From: a virus | Lineage: Duplodnaviria; Caudoviricetes | DNA: 64,000 nucleotides | Strand: one strand, 5' to 3' | IMG/VR virus record: IMGVR_UViG_2974636896_000001 | Coordinates: 1 to 64,000 of that record | Part shown: positions 28,358-38,010 of the stretch, piece by piece | How positions within the stretch are numbered: the stretch's first letter is position 1 | Layout of the letters: each line of letters begins with the position of its first letter | Notes under the pieces: model-generated | Told to the model about the DNA's origin: nothing | The model's input: only the letters and a program-made list of their open reading frames with translations | Database searches by the model: none | Translations under genes and position numbers: made by a program

Positions 28358-29290
28358 ATGTCACTTACTAGAATTCGTGGAAATCAAATTTCCACTGCTA
28401 CATCTGGAGTTATTGACTCACTCTCATTCTTAGATGGTGAGAGTGTTTTAAGGATTCCTGTTGGTACTGAAGCACAGAGACCTGGATCTCCTGCTGTTGG
28501 TACGATGAGATATAATAGTGAAGCAAATAATGGTAATGGTTCAGCAGAAATTTATGTTGCCAATAATGGCACAGGAAGTCCTGGTTGGACACAAGTAGGT
28601 TCTGGTGGTGCATCTTTAGGTAAAGGTGGTGTTATTAGAAGTAATCCCGACTTTATTGATGAAAATATTAATGTTGACCCATCTCTTGATGATAAGTTCA
28701 AGAATGCATTTACTAGGGGTCCAATAGAAATTAGAGACGGTTTTACAGTTACTATTGCAGATACTGCTGATTGGGAAGTTTGGGGTGGTGAACCTGAAGA
28801 TCCTGTTGCTGGTACAGTTCTTCAGTATTTTCATGCACAAACACCCGCAACACGTTACGATATCGTATCATCAACTTTGGGTGAATCTGGGTCAGTAATT
28901 CCCGATATGCAAGTATCTATCGTTCCAACAAGAAGTACCTCAAAAATTATTGTTGGTGCTCATATTTCTCATAATGGTAAGCATGTCACCTCATTTGGAG
29001 TTAATAGAGATGATTCTGCTCTCACTGCTGGTTTGCCAAGTTCTAATAACAGCAATAGTGTTTATGCCATAAAAACTACTTACAATGGTAATGATGTAAG
29101 TAATGAGATGTATGAGACATCATTTACATATGATGATACAAGTTTTACTGTAGGTGTTGCACAAATATATAAGATTACCGCAACTGCATCTTGGAGCAGT
29201 GATGCTCAAAGAACATTATTCATTAATGATAGAGATAGTAATGACATGAGAGGTATTTCTTCCATGTTTATTATGGAAATTATGGGTTAA
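28358..29290 (+). CDS. short tail-fibre-like protein
   Basis: IPVGTEAQRP..P..G.MRYN motif; C-terminal P..TSKIIV and S...MEI.G fibre-tip pattern; own late promoter. Confidence 0.65.
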   Translation: MSLTRIRGNQISTATSGVIDSLSFLDGESVLRIPVGTEAQRPGSPAVGTMRYNSEANNGNGSAEIYVANNGTGSPGWTQVGSGGASLGKGGVIRSNPDFIDENINVDPSLDDKFKNAFTRGPIEIRDGFTVTIADTADWEVWGGEPEDPVAGTVLQYFHAQTPATRYDIVSSTLGESGSVIPDMQVSIVPTRSTSKIIVGAHISHNGKHVTSFGVNRDDSALTAGLPSSNNSNSVYAIKTTYNGNDVSNEMYETSFTYDDTSFTVGVAQIYKITATASWSSDAQRTLFINDRDSNDMRGISSMFIMEIMG

Positions 29291-29322
29291 TTATAAATAT
29301 TAAGGAGGATTGTTAAAAAGTC

Positions 29323-29697
29323 ATGTCTAAAGTAAGATGTACGTCTATTAAAGGTCTTGGCGTTGCTGCTAGTGGTCCTGAGATTAACTTGAATAAGTTT
29401 TCTCATGGACAACCTTTAGATCTTCAAAATATTGGTATTACTGCTTCAGTGTTAACACTGGCAAATTGCAATTTTACGACATCAACCTCTACTACTATGA
29501 ATGCGACTAATGTTGTTGCTAAAGGTAGAGGTCAAATGAATTTTAATGGTACTGAATTACTAATACCTACAGGAACAACTGCCGAAAGACCTACTACTGG
29601 GTTGCAGTTTGGTTCGATCCGAGTAAATAGTGAATTGGGACAGGTTGAAATGTACACAAATAAGCAGGGAACTCCTCAGTGGGAGAAACTGGGGTAA
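29323..29697 (+). CDS. short tail-fibre-like protein
   Basis: IPTGTTAERP...G.IR.N.E motif; own ATAAATA promoter and AGGAGG RBS. Confidence 0.6.
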   Translation: MSKVRCTSIKGLGVAASGPEINLNKFSHGQPLDLQNIGITASVLTLANCNFTTSTSTTMNATNVVAKGRGQMNFNGTELLIPTGTTAERPTTGLQFGSIRVNSELGQVEMYTNKQGTPQWEKLG

Positions 29698-29745
29698 TAA
29701 ACTGTATAAATAACCAAAAGGGTAATATCTCAAGAATAGATTGCT

Positions 29746-30840
29746 ATGTCACAACTTAAAGTTAATTCTATTAAGGGCATCAATGTTCCTGCATCGGGAC
29801 CGCAAATTGATATTGGTAACACAGGAGATATTAATCTTAATAACTCTAATGTTACTGGTGTTACTACGGCAACCGCAACGACTGCGAACATTACTACCAA
29901 TAATGTAACTACAGAAAATGTAACAACTTTGAATGTTACTAATACTCTGGACTTGCGTAATGCAGACCAGTTAATTGTTCCTTCAGGAACAAATGCTGAG
30001 AGACCTGCAACACCAAATGTTGGTACGATCCGATATAATACTGAAACTGGTAAACCAGAATTCTGGAATGGATCTACATGGAAAAATTTCACTATTCAAA
30101 GATTCAGTGAAGAAATTAGCTCAGGTTCTACTTGGAGTGTTCCTGCTGGTGTAACTTCTGTCGATGTTTTAGTAGTTGCTGGCGGCGGTGATGGCGGTTC
30201 AGGCACTGGCGGTGGTGGTGGTGCTGGTGGAGTTGTTTATGCTACTGGATTTGGTGTAACTCCTGGTGGGAGTGTTCCAATTTCTATTGGTGCAGGTGCT
30301 GCTGGTGGTGGTCAAGGTAGAGGTCGTAACGGTTCTAACAGCACCTTTGGCACCATCACTGCTAACGGTGGTGGCGGCGGTGGGTCTACTTACCCTCCTC
30401 AGCGTGCTGCTGGTCGCCCTGGCGGTTCAGGCGGTGGCGGTGCTCAACACCCAGCAGGTAGAAGTGGCAACGGTAGCGCAACTCAACCTGCAAGTCCATC
30501 AGGCGGCGGCGTTGGTTATGGCAATGCAGGTGCTCCAGGTGGCGAAGGCGGCGGCGGTGGCGCTGGTGGTAGAGGTTCAGGCAATCAGGGCGGTGTTGGT
30601 GTTACCATCACTGTTGGTGAAACTGACTATTCAGTAGGCGGCGGCGGTAGAGGTCAATCTCGTTCTCCTCAATCTGGAAATGGTGCTGGTGTTCCCTTTG
30701 GTGGCGGCGGTACTAACGGCACTGTTGGTCGTACTGGTATCGATGGCACTGGTGGCGGCGGTGGTGCTGGATGGGGGTTCAGTGGTGGACGCCGTGGCGC
30801 TGGTGGCGATGGTCGTATTTACATTTCATATCTGAACTGA
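29746..30840 (+). CDS. glycine-rich adhesin/tail-fibre protein
   Basis: VPSGTNAERP..P..G.IRYNTE, then W.VPAGVTSVDVLVVAGGG.GG glycine-rich domain. Confidence 0.75.
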   Translation: MSQLKVNSIKGINVPASGPQIDIGNTGDINLNNSNVTGVTTATATTANITTNNVTTENVTTLNVTNTLDLRNADQLIVPSGTNAERPATPNVGTIRYNTETGKPEFWNGSTWKNFTIQRFSEEISSGSTWSVPAGVTSVDVLVVAGGGDGGSGTGGGGGAGGVVYATGFGVTPGGSVPISIGAGAAGGGQGRGRNGSNSTFGTITANGGGGGGSTYPPQRAAGRPGGSGGGGAQHPAGRSGNGSATQPASPSGGGVGYGNAGAPGGEGGGGGAGGRGSGNQGGVGVTITVGETDYSVGGGGRGQSRSPQSGNGAGVPFGGGGTNGTVGRTGIDGTGGGGGAGWGFSGGRRGAGGDGRIYISYLN

Positions 30841-30870
30841 TTTCTTTCATTAAATTTATTATCAAATACT

Positions 30871-31188
30871 ATGGCAAAACAATTCGGACAAGAACATTTC
30901 ACTGTATCTAAAATTCATATTCATAACGACTACACTATAGACGTATATAAAAAACAATTTTATATCAGTAAGACAAGCGGCATAGAAATCATAATTGATG
31001 ATGGTTCTATGTGGGAAGTTATTACACCAGATACAGATCTATCTGTATCGTATGCAAACTGTGAAGAATTATTTTGGGCAACTGATGAAGTAAAAGAGAT
31101 TTGTAGCGAGCAGTTTGATGAAGAAACTGTTTCTGAGTGGAATGCAATGAGTGATGAAGAGAAACAGAATCAAATTAACAGGGATTGA
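30871..31188 (+). CDS. possible tail-fibre assembly/chaperone protein
   Basis: small acidic ORF after the fibre genes; V..PD.D.S...V.EIC pattern. Confidence 0.45.
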   Translation: MAKQFGQEHFTVSKIHIHNDYTIDVYKKQFYISKTSGIEIIIDDGSMWEVITPDTDLSVSYANCEELFWATDEVKEICSEQFDEETVSEWNAMSDEEKQNQINRD

Positions 31189-31794
31189 TTATTTAAAAGT
31201 TACTACTAGAATAACTCTACGTCTTCCTGACTTTAAGTTATTCATTCCATGATACAATTTACCGTCAAAGCAAGATACCTTTCCTTGCTTTGGCGTTATT
31301 TTTTGTAAAATTTTAACTTTATCATAATCATCTACAGAGTACATACATTCAGACATACCTTCACAAAAATATTTGTTGAATATTAATGTTTCTCCATCCT
31401 CGAAATCATCGTTAAGATATACAATTAAGTTCAAATGATCGAACTTATGGTCAATATGAGGTTCTGTAAAAGGATATGGTGTATTCCATCCGTAAGTACA
31501 ATTCAAAGAAGACCTGTATATTTTTTGCATAGGTCTACCTAGTTGTGACTGACAATATCTTTCAACAATAGGGGTTACAAAATAATGTAAAGGAGAATTT
31601 GTATAAACTGGTGAGTCTTCTTCATCTTGCTCTGGCATTCTAGGATGAATAACATGAGAAAAGAATGGGAATAAATCTACTGTAGATTCTTTTTGATAAT
31701 ACCAAGAAAAATCTTGAGATAAGATCGATTTGTTTACGACTTCAAGTTCTTCTTCCGTTAAAAAGTTTTCAACTTCATGTACTAGACTGTGCAT
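31189..31794 (-). CDS. 2OG-Fe(II) oxygenase
   Basis: PHIDH, YLND...GET, PKQG...FDG..YHG, RR. Confidence 0.85.
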   Translation of the reverse strand: MHSLVHEVENFLTEEELEVVNKSILSQDFSWYYQKESTVDLFPFFSHVIHPRMPEQDEEDSPVYTNSPLHYFVTPIVERYCQSQLGRPMQKIYRSSLNCTYGWNTPYPFTEPHIDHKFDHLNLIVYLNDDFEDGETLIFNKYFCEGMSECMYSVDDYDKVKILQKITPKQGKVSCFDGKLYHGMNNLKSGRRRVILVVTFK

Positions 31795-32407
31795 TATATG
31801 CTCCTAAAAGGTCAAAATTGATAATAATTCTTGTGCTATTTTCTGGAAGAGATGCGGCATGATATTGTCTGCCACAGAATAATAAAATTCTTCCTTTCTT
31901 TGGCGTAATTCTTGCAATTACATTTAGTTTTTCGTTTTCGTCAAAGTCATCTCCCATATCCATTTTATCAAATAAAACAGTATCTCCATCAGCATCATTT
32001 ACATAGTAAAGACATACGAGATGATCTTCATCTTCAAGGTCTACATGAGGACTAGAGATTCCACTTTTTCCTGGTGATGGTACGGTTAAAAAACTTCTAG
32101 CATATACAATGTTATTAAGTTTATACCCAATATGCTCAGTTGCTATCTTGCAAATAGGAGCAATGATGTTAAAGATATCACCACATCGGATACCTTCTTC
32201 ATTTAGAAATACATTTGCAAATCCAAAAAGGTGTTCCCATTGACCTCTCTTTTCTACCAAAGATTCTCTATATCTCCATGTCGGAGTATCTATTAGTGTT
32301 TTTTCTATTAAGTCTTGATATTCTTGCGATAGAAGATCATCATAAACTTTATAAACCCCAGGAATTTCTCTTACTTTAGTTGGATGTCTTGTCATTTTGC
32401 AACTCAT
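31775..32407 (-). CDS. 2OG-Fe(II) oxygenase
   Basis: PHVD, LYYVND.DGDT, PKKGRILLF.G..YHA, R.IINF. Confidence 0.85.
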   Translation of the reverse strand: MSCKMTRHPTKVREIPGVYKVYDDLLSQEYQDLIEKTLIDTPTWRYRESLVEKRGQWEHLFGFANVFLNEEGIRCGDIFNIIAPICKIATEHIGYKLNNIVYARSFLTVPSPGKSGISSPHVDLEDEDHLVCLYYVNDADGDTVLFDKMDMGDDFDENEKLNVIARITPKKGRILLFCGRQYHAASLPENSTRIIINFDLLGAYNAQSST

Positions 32408-32774
32408 ACTTTAATTTTTGATACATCATTTCAAGTCTCATTACATCAGCAGAAATGATGACTATAGGATATTTAATTGCATCTTCTCCTGTCCCTACAG
32501 TTACATATCCTTGAACATTTATACCAATATTTGCTTGCTCTAAGTAATTAATGAACTCACTATCATGGAGATTGTATTCACTAATTGTTCTAGCATTATA
32601 CTTATTAAGTAATTTAACCGCTAAGTCATGATGTCCATTTTCCTCTAAAAATCTACTAGCAGAAATAATACCTTCTTTTTGTTCTTCGCTGATTAGATTT
32701 GAAGAAACTTTACGATCTTCAACGTAATTTAACAATAAGTCCTTTGGAATTTCCTGTAGTTCTTTAATGTCCAT
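32376..32774 (-). CDS. hypothetical protein
   Basis: 132-aa ORF heading the minus-strand cassette. Confidence 0.6.
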   Translation of the reverse strand: MDIKELQEIPKDLLLNYVEDRKVSSNLISEEQKEGIISASRFLEENGHHDLAVKLLNKYNARTISEYNLHDSEFINYLEQANIGINVQGYVTVGTGEDAIKYPIVIISADVMRLEMMYQKLKYELQNDKTSN

Positions 32775-32800
32775 AACAATTTAATGTGGTATAATATATA

Positions 32801-33418
32801 GTGTATGTTATGGATAACAGTATGGCGGATGCCTTGAAGTGGTATATGACATCTATGCCAGATGAATTGGTAGATATAGTTACAAACTCACTACAAACTT
32901 ATGACGAACATTTCAAACCTGCTGTAACTACTGGCGGGGTGACTCTTGATATTCGTGATAGTAAAACTTTATGGATTGATCAGAGTCATTGGATTGTAGG
33001 CACATGTTGGCACTATATAATGATTGCTAACAGAGAAAATTTTCTATATGATATTGATAGGTTTGAAAATGGGACCGTTCAATATACATCCTATAATGTA
33101 GGTGAATATTACAACTGGCATGTAGATGGTGATATTACAACCTCATATGAATGTCGAAATACTTCTACAGACCAGTTTATTCAATCAAATACTGAAAAGA
33201 GTAGAAAACTTAGTTTTATTCTCCAACTTTCATCTGCTGAAGAGTATACTGGAGGTGAAGTCCAACTACAATTCAATGGTTCAGAATCATCTTTCTTACC
33301 TAAACAAAAAGGAACTATTTGTATCTTTGATAGTAGAACTTTGCACCGAGTTAAAAAAGTAACTGGCGGAAGACGAAAATCTTTAGTTGGTTGGGTTGAA
33401 GGACCGAGGTGGAGATAG
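32801..33418 (+). CDS. 2OG-Fe(II) oxygenase (PKHD/P4H-like)
   Basis: Y.WHVD, RKLS..LQLS...Y.GG, F.S...HRV..VT.G.RKSLV.WV.GP. Confidence 0.9.
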   Translation: MYVMDNSMADALKWYMTSMPDELVDIVTNSLQTYDEHFKPAVTTGGVTLDIRDSKTLWIDQSHWIVGTCWHYIMIANRENFLYDIDRFENGTVQYTSYNVGEYYNWHVDGDITTSYECRNTSTDQFIQSNTEKSRKLSFILQLSSAEEYTGGEVQLQFNGSESSFLPKQKGTICIFDSRTLHRVKKVTGGRRKSLVGWVEGPRWR

Positions 33419-33420
33419 AT

Positions 33421-33990
33421 ATGCCAGTTGCAAAAGATTGGTCGGTAATTAAACTACAGCAGTTATATGATCCTACAAAACTAATAGAAGATGTACCTTG
33501 GGAGAGAGGTAATTTCTCTTATGTTAGACCTGGTGTTGTAACTATTGATAGTGAAGAAGGTCAGGTAAGTGGTAGTTTTTCTCGCTACAATCATCCAAAA
33601 TATAAAAAAATATTTTATCACATCAAAAATGTTGTGGAATCTGTAATTGGTGAGAAATTATATCCAACATACTATTTTGATAGATTTTATTTCAAAGGTA
33701 ACGAATTAGCAAAGCATCGTGATAGAGAGGCATGTGAAATCAGTGTTTCTTATCATATCTGGGACAACCTTGATTATGATTGGCCGATATACTTTCAAGC
33801 AGATAATGATATCAAACCTGCTTCAATTGTGTGTAATCCTGGTGATGGTGTTCTATATCGTGGGATGCAATTAGATCATTGGAGAGAACCAATGGTAGGA
33901 AATCATAAATCCTGTTTTCATCAAGTGTTTTTTCATTATGTGAGAGCAAATGGCAACTGTGTTCACCATGCCTATGACAGTTGCAAATAG
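33421..33990 (+). CDS. 2OG-Fe(II) oxygenase-like protein
   Basis: LYPTY.F.R.Y..G..L.KH.DR..CEIS, WPI, PGDG.LY.G....HWR, QVFFHYV. Confidence 0.8.
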   Translation: MPVAKDWSVIKLQQLYDPTKLIEDVPWERGNFSYVRPGVVTIDSEEGQVSGSFSRYNHPKYKKIFYHIKNVVESVIGEKLYPTYYFDRFYFKGNELAKHRDREACEISVSYHIWDNLDYDWPIYFQADNDIKPASIVCNPGDGVLYRGMQLDHWREPMVGNHKSCFHQVFFHYVRANGNCVHHAYDSCK

Positions 33991-34032
33991 TGGCACATGG
34001 GGGTTGCGCTCCTCCTTTACCTATGCTATATT
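33974..34032 (+). promoter_or_regulatory. early promoter repeat copy 1
   Basis: ATGACAGT-N7-AGTGGCAC, then TTGCGC-17-TATATT. Confidence 0.7.
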
Positions 34033-34056
34033 ACATAGGTAATCAATCATAGGACC

Positions 34057-34260
34057 ATGCCTCAATTCACTCTCATCTGTACCGATGAAGATTCTACAGT
34101 GACAACTAAAGAATTTGAAGCAACAATCCTAGAAGATGTTGTGGACAAAACAGAAGACTTCTTAAAGGGTGTTGGATATTGTTTTGAGGAACTTCACACT
34201 CAAGTATATCCAGTTCCAGAAAGCGATGATATTCGCTCTATCTACAAGGACGTAGACTAA
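34057..34260 (+). CDS. hypothetical early protein
   Basis: AGGA RBS; EFEA..L..VV....DFLKG.GY. Confidence 0.7.
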   Translation: MPQFTLICTDEDSTVTTKEFEATILEDVVDKTEDFLKGVGYCFEELHTQVYPVPESDDIRSIYKDVD

Positions 34261-34302
34261 TACATATTACAGTGGTTTACTTTTACTTTAACATTCAAGA
34301 CA

Positions 34303-34503
34303 ATGGGTAAAACTTTTCGGCGTGGTGGTAACGAACGAGGTTACTATTCCCCTGGCAAATCTATCCGAGACAAACGTGCAAAAGGTGGAACTAATCGATC
34401 AAACTGGACAGATGAATCAAACTATGACGATTTCTCGAAAAACAAAAAAAGAAAGTTTGACTCCAAACGTGATGATGATGGAGGATGGTATGGAGGTCGA
34501 TAA
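34303..34503 (+). CDS. basic hypothetical protein
   Basis: MGKTFRR start; packed ORF. Confidence 0.55.
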   Translation: MGKTFRRGGNERGYYSPGKSIRDKRAKGGTNRSNWTDESNYDDFSKNKKRKFDSKRDDDGGWYGGR

Positions 34504-34580
34504 TGAATTTGAAGAACTTTCATTTGATGATTCTTCTGAGGTAGATTACGACCTTGACTACACCTCACAATACTAATCTA

Positions 34581-34766
34581 ATGGACTTTGAAAACGAATC
34601 ACAAGACATTAAGTTCAACCGAGGACTTGATTTGTTTATTGAATCGGTACTTAAACCAGACAGTAAATTGCGTGAGTGTGCTCACAACCAAAAATGTTAC
34701 ACCGAACTGATGTATGTCCGTTCCTATGTTCTTGACTATCTAAAAACTCTAAGAAGAGACGACTGA
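34581..34766 (+). CDS. hypothetical protein
   Basis: KFNRGLDLFIESVLKPD..LRECAHNQKCY.EL. Confidence 0.65.
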   Translation: MDFENESQDIKFNRGLDLFIESVLKPDSKLRECAHNQKCYTELMYVRSYVLDYLKTLRRDD

Positions 34767-34963
34767 TGCAATTTTTACACTCACCAATCCTTGACAAGGA
34801 TGAGAAGATGGTTCTAAAAGATGCGTTAATTTTGTATGTTTCGGACATACAAAAACGGTATTACGCTGATGGTGTGATTCCTGAAGATGCTTATCTGAGT
34901 AAGATGGAACGGGTGAAAGAAATTGTTGAAATTTTACATTTAAGTGAACTGTATCGCCAGTGA
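34766..34963 (+). CDS. hypothetical protein
   Basis: translationally coupled (TGATG). Confidence 0.6.
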   Translation: MQFLHSPILDKDEKMVLKDALILYVSDIQKRYYADGVIPEDAYLSKMERVKEIVEILHLSELYRQ

Positions 34964-35017
34964 CACTTTGCAAGGTGTCCACTATGCCTTGCCATCCTAA
35001 ACAATCTATGCAATACT
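34960..35017 (+). promoter_or_regulatory. early promoter repeat copy 2
   Basis: GTGACACT-N6-GGTGTCCAC, then TTGCCA-17-AATACT. Confidence 0.65.
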
Positions 35018-35293
35018 AATGATGTTGGAAAAAGAAATTCGCCTATTGAACAAAGTCATCAAGAAAGGTGAAAATGGAGAAGTCAGGTATTCTGACGAAG
35101 AACTACGCAAACTCAAGACAAAACGTCGCCAGTTAAAAGACTGGAAACAATCAGCAATCACTTCACAAAACAATGGATTCGGTCAGTATGTACGATGAAG
35201 ACTTCAACGTTTCTTGGCAAGAAACTGATATGGTTCAAGTAGAGGAAGACGATTGGGTTTCTTCTATTCTCGGTTCTGAAGATGAGGTACTCA

Positions 35294-35578
35294 ATGACAT
35301 CTGCAACGCTTGAAAAAACTGAAGTTCAATGTGGTAAAAATTGCACATGGGTGACTGAATGGAGTAACTATGTTGGTGAAGAACGTCTCGGTAAAGTAAG
35401 ATTTACTAAGACAAGATTCGGTATGCACAAAAGTTACCATGAAGACGGTAGACATTTACTCCTTGCAATGGATCTTTCTACTTGCATTGATATGACCTAT
35501 TGGCATCTTAAGTGGGAACTTGATGGATACGATGGTTTTCAATCACAATATAGCAGTGTAGTTGGGGGCAAATTGTGA
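35294..35578 (+). CDS. hypothetical early protein
   Basis: ends Y.S.VGGKL; coupled to the next gene. Confidence 0.6.
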   Translation: MTSATLEKTEVQCGKNCTWVTEWSNYVGEERLGKVRFTKTRFGMHKSYHEDGRHLLLAMDLSTCIDMTYWHLKWELDGYDGFQSQYSSVVGGKL

Positions 35579-36201
35579 TACTTTGGTATGGTAATTTCAA
35601 ACTTGACGATGATACAGTTTTACCTCTAGTAGATAAACTCAAGAGTATCACTTCAACACGCGATAAACTCAACAAATTGCGTAGTTCTTATTACCTAACA
35701 AATGCACAACGTCCAGAAAGAATACTTGACTCTTTTTATGAAGAGATCATCAAAGGAGCAACTATTGACCTAGGAGTTCATCATCGTTCCCAATATAAAA
35801 TACCATATTGGATGCAAGTCTACACTACTGATATGAAATCTCATCATGGTTATCATGACCACTTTGATGCAGACACCCAATTATCTTGGGTGCATTTTGT
35901 AAGACCAACTAAGGAAAAACGGTTTTGTTTTGTTGATTCAAATGGCAATAAAACTTTTCCAAATCAACAAAATGAAGGAGATTTTATTCTCTTTCCTAGT
36001 TGGGCACCACATGAAGTAGAAGTTAATACTAGTGATGACGAAAGAATAATTATTGCTGGCAATATTATGTTTAGTGCGTTAGACTTGATCGCACCTAATT
36101 CTGATGTGCTTCTTAAAACTTCTCGTAGACATAATGTAGAAGAAATTAAGAACGGACAAACTATTCACCTCTGGGTAACAACTGATTATGAAGGACTATG
36201 A
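35575..36201 (+). CDS. putative 2OG-Fe(II) oxygenase
   Basis: W.QVY, HDH, LSWVHF, EGD.ILFPSW..H.V..N.....R..IAGN. Confidence 0.75.
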   Translation: MILWYGNFKLDDDTVLPLVDKLKSITSTRDKLNKLRSSYYLTNAQRPERILDSFYEEIIKGATIDLGVHHRSQYKIPYWMQVYTTDMKSHHGYHDHFDADTQLSWVHFVRPTKEKRFCFVDSNGNKTFPNQQNEGDFILFPSWAPHEVEVNTSDDERIIIAGNIMFSALDLIAPNSDVLLKTSRRHNVEEIKNGQTIHLWVTTDYEGL

Positions 36202-36341
36202 CCGTTGGCGTATTCTCTGGAAGAAAGAGAAGAAACCAGGATTCTTTGCAACTCAAGAAGTTGTAGTTTATGGAATGCACAACGTTGAATATGTAATCGA
36301 CAACATTGTGCCAGAAAATGTAAACTGGGACGTTCTTCCCA

Positions 36342-36416
36342 TGTGACAGTCAGCAAACTGGTCGGGCACCCTTGACGGGGTGCCTTTTTCGTGCCATACT
36401 ATAAGAGTCAAAGGAA
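36342..36416 (+). promoter_or_regulatory. early promoter repeat copy 3 (subtype A, hairpin around -35)
   Basis: TGTGACAGT-N6-ACTGGTC, GGCACCC-TTGAC-GGGGTGCC-TTTTT, TTGACG-17-CATACT, ATAAGAGTCAAAGGAA. Confidence 0.85.
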
Positions 36417-36420
36417 AAGC

Positions 36421-36600
36421 ATGATTTTCGATTTTGAAACTGAGTATCATTGGGGTGCTCTCATCGTCAAACTTGTTCCTATGTTTGCCATGGATGTTTA
36501 CAAAGCATCCGATGATGAGTTAGTATGGGTCTTTGATGTGAACAATCCCAAAAATGGTTATCATGTCCCCGCTCGTAATCTCTCCACCTATTCTTATTGA
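36421..36600 (+). CDS. small hypothetical early protein
   Basis: ATG directly after the promoter repeat; precedes dam. Confidence 0.6.
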   Translation: MIFDFETEYHWGALIVKLVPMFAMDVYKASDDELVWVFDVNNPKNGYHVPARNLSTYSY

Positions 36601-36602
36601 TC

Positions 36603-37421
36603 ATGCGTAAACCATTCCTTAAGTGGGCAGGCAACAAGTATAGAGTGCTAGACCATTTACTACCTCTGATTGGTACTGCAAAAACATATGTTGAACCATT
36701 CGCTGGTAGTTGTGCAACAGCATTGAATGTTGATGCTAAACGATATGTACTGAATGATATTAACCCTGACCTTATCAATCTTTATAAGTACCTGACTAAC
36801 CCAAACGACGACAATTTCATCCCATATTGTGGTGACTTCTTTCGTCCTGAGAATAACGACAAGGAAGAATATATTGCACTTCGTAAGTATTTCAATGACA
36901 GCACTGATACACTAGAACGCTCACGTCTGTTTGTATATCTCAACCGTCACTGTTTCAATGGTCTGACTCGATATAATTCTGGTGGTGGGTTCAATGTTCC
37001 ATTTGGTAAGATGAAGAACCCAATGTTACCTAGCACGGCAATGATGGACTTTCGTATGTATTTTCTCATGCGTAAGCATATCTTTGCTAACGTGCATTTT
37101 GATGACGGTCGTTTATATGCAGGACTAGGATCTGGTGATGTAGTATACCTAGACCCTCCCTATGTTCCTGCTTCTGATACTGCTAACTTCGCAAGTTATG
37201 CCAAGCAAGGATTCTCTTATGATGAGCAAGTTGCACTAGTAAAGAGAGCAGAATCTATTGCTAGTAAGGGTGCTAAAGTTATCGTTAGCAACCATGATAC
37301 TGACGTTAGTAGAGAACTATACAAAAATGCAAAAATCTATTCGTTGCAGGTGTCCCGTAGCATCTCCGCCAAGGGCAGCAGCAGAAAAAAGGCAAACGAA
37401 CTGATTGCTGTATACCAGTAG
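36603..37421 (+). CDS. dam: DNA adenine methyltransferase (Dam family)
   Basis: PFLKWAGNK, YVEPFAGS, NDIN, LNRHCFNGL.RYN..G.FNVPFG, VYLDPPY. Confidence 0.95.
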   Translation: MRKPFLKWAGNKYRVLDHLLPLIGTAKTYVEPFAGSCATALNVDAKRYVLNDINPDLINLYKYLTNPNDDNFIPYCGDFFRPENNDKEEYIALRKYFNDSTDTLERSRLFVYLNRHCFNGLTRYNSGGGFNVPFGKMKNPMLPSTAMMDFRMYFLMRKHIFANVHFDDGRLYAGLGSGDVVYLDPPYVPASDTANFASYAKQGFSYDEQVALVKRAESIASKGAKVIVSNHDTDVSRELYKNAKIYSLQVSRSISAKGSSRKKANELIAVYQ

Positions 37422-37486
37422 ATTGAACTGTCCACCATCGCTTGCAAAGCACCTCAAAGGGTGCAATACTATAAGAGTCAAAGGAA
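37415..37486 (+). promoter_or_regulatory. early promoter repeat copy 4 (subtype B)
   Basis: CCAGT-N7-ACTGTCCAC, TTGCAA-17-AATACT with GCACC/GGTGC hairpin in the spacer, ATAAGAGTCAAAGGAA. Confidence 0.85.
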
Positions 37487-37498
37487 ACGATCAACCCC

Positions 37499-37933
37499 AT
37501 GGCAACACACGCATCTCGCCGCACTGACAAGACTGGTAAGGATTTCGAGAACCTATGTGAATATATCTTGTGCCTCTCTGGTGTTAATGTAGAGGAGCAA
37601 GTAAATATCGGTTTGCGTCCTACTGGTGGTGCTCACAATGTAGACCTAATCGTTGATGAGGAAGTTATTATTTCTCTGAAATATCAGGACGTTGCTGGTA
37701 CTGCTGAGGAGAAGATACCCTACGAGCAGATGTGTTTACAACACGCATGTGAGACCTATGGATATAAAAAAGCAGTCGTAGTCCTTGCTGGTCCTGGTTG
37801 GACACACGACGATTCTTATCGTGAAAATGTGTTTGGACAGTGGATGAATACTCCTGATGTTTCTATCATCAACTTCGACGAATTTCTTGATGAGTTTCAA
37901 CTATGGGAAACCTTCCTGTCTGAAGTCCTGTGA
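37499..37933 (+). CDS. PD-(D/E)XK restriction-endonuclease-like protein
   Basis: GKDFE helix, VDLIV, ISLKYQ...GTAEEKIPYE, VVLAG.GW. Confidence 0.7.
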   Translation: MATHASRRTDKTGKDFENLCEYILCLSGVNVEEQVNIGLRPTGGAHNVDLIVDEEVIISLKYQDVAGTAEEKIPYEQMCLQHACETYGYKKAVVVLAGPGWTHDDSYRENVFGQWMNTPDVSIINFDEFLDEFQLWETFLSEVL

Positions 37934-38000
37934 CAGTTGATTGAACTGTCCACTACCACTTGCAAAGCACCTTAAAAGGTGCAATACTATAAAAGTCAAA
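37930..38000 (+). promoter_or_regulatory. early promoter repeat copy 5 (subtype B)
   Basis: GTGACAGT-N7-ACTGTCCAC, TTGCAA-17-AATACT; near-identical to copy 4. Confidence 0.85.
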
Positions 38001-38010
38001 ACAAACATCC

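Noticed and set aside
30180-30810. GC-rich GGC/GGT repeat tract as foreign DNA or a DNA repeat element
   Set aside because: It is fully explained by polyglycine coding in the adhesin domain.
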